Source of the DNA: a virus
Reading direction: 5' to 3' (one strand)
DNA length: 35,471 bases
Virus genome (UHGV): UHGV-0047541
In this document: positions 35,422 to 35,471 of the stretch, in pieces
Layout: every line of letters starts with the position of its first letter
Position numbering within the stretch: the stretch's first letter is position 1
The notes under the pieces: generated by a model
Database searches by the model: none
The model's input: the letters and a program-made list of their open reading frames with translations, nothing else
What the model was told of the DNA's origin: nothing
Program-made: the position numbers and the translations under genes

Positions 35422-35471
35422 AGACTCTCAAGCGGAACACTAAAAATCTCATTATATCTCATTCTGATGCC

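Overview
The window is almost entirely one lambdoid prophage of an Escherichia-type host, a mosaic of lambda-like virion genes, a phage-21-type lysis cassette and a DLP12/PA-2-like Q-porin arrangement, lying inverted relative to the usual lambda map. All calls rest on reading the sequence and on recalled protein families; no database search was run. Right to left on the minus strand: cro-like and CII-like regulators, a Rha-domain fusion protein, a replication initiator with internal iteron-like repeats, Dam methylase, LexA-like protein, RusA, KilA-N protein, DUF968 protein and Q antiterminator. Then come a plus-strand OmpC-family porin, four tightly packed tRNAs, a low-GC moron encoding two lipoproteins with TolA C-terminal domain III homology, holin S21, SAR endolysin, Rz/Rz1, a KilA-N protein, an AT-rich gap, cos, and Nu1-A-W-B-C-D-E-FI-FII-Z-U-V-G/T-H, with H running off the left edge. 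On the plus strand at the right are the cI-like S24 repressor and a leftward early operon (yfdP/yfdQ/yfdR-like genes, a PAPS-reductase-like protein, a DEDDh exonuclease, an Xis-like protein), followed by a convergent AT-rich two-gene cargo. No integrase, N gene, stx, IS element or CRISPR array was found. The best candidate for an undescribed system is the paired TolA-domain-III lipoprotein moron at 16856-17801, sitting where Stx phages carry stx. Other points worth a second look are an in-frame TAA at codon 8 of the D homolog, an N-less structured early-left leader of about 600 nt, and an atypical tRNA in the array.
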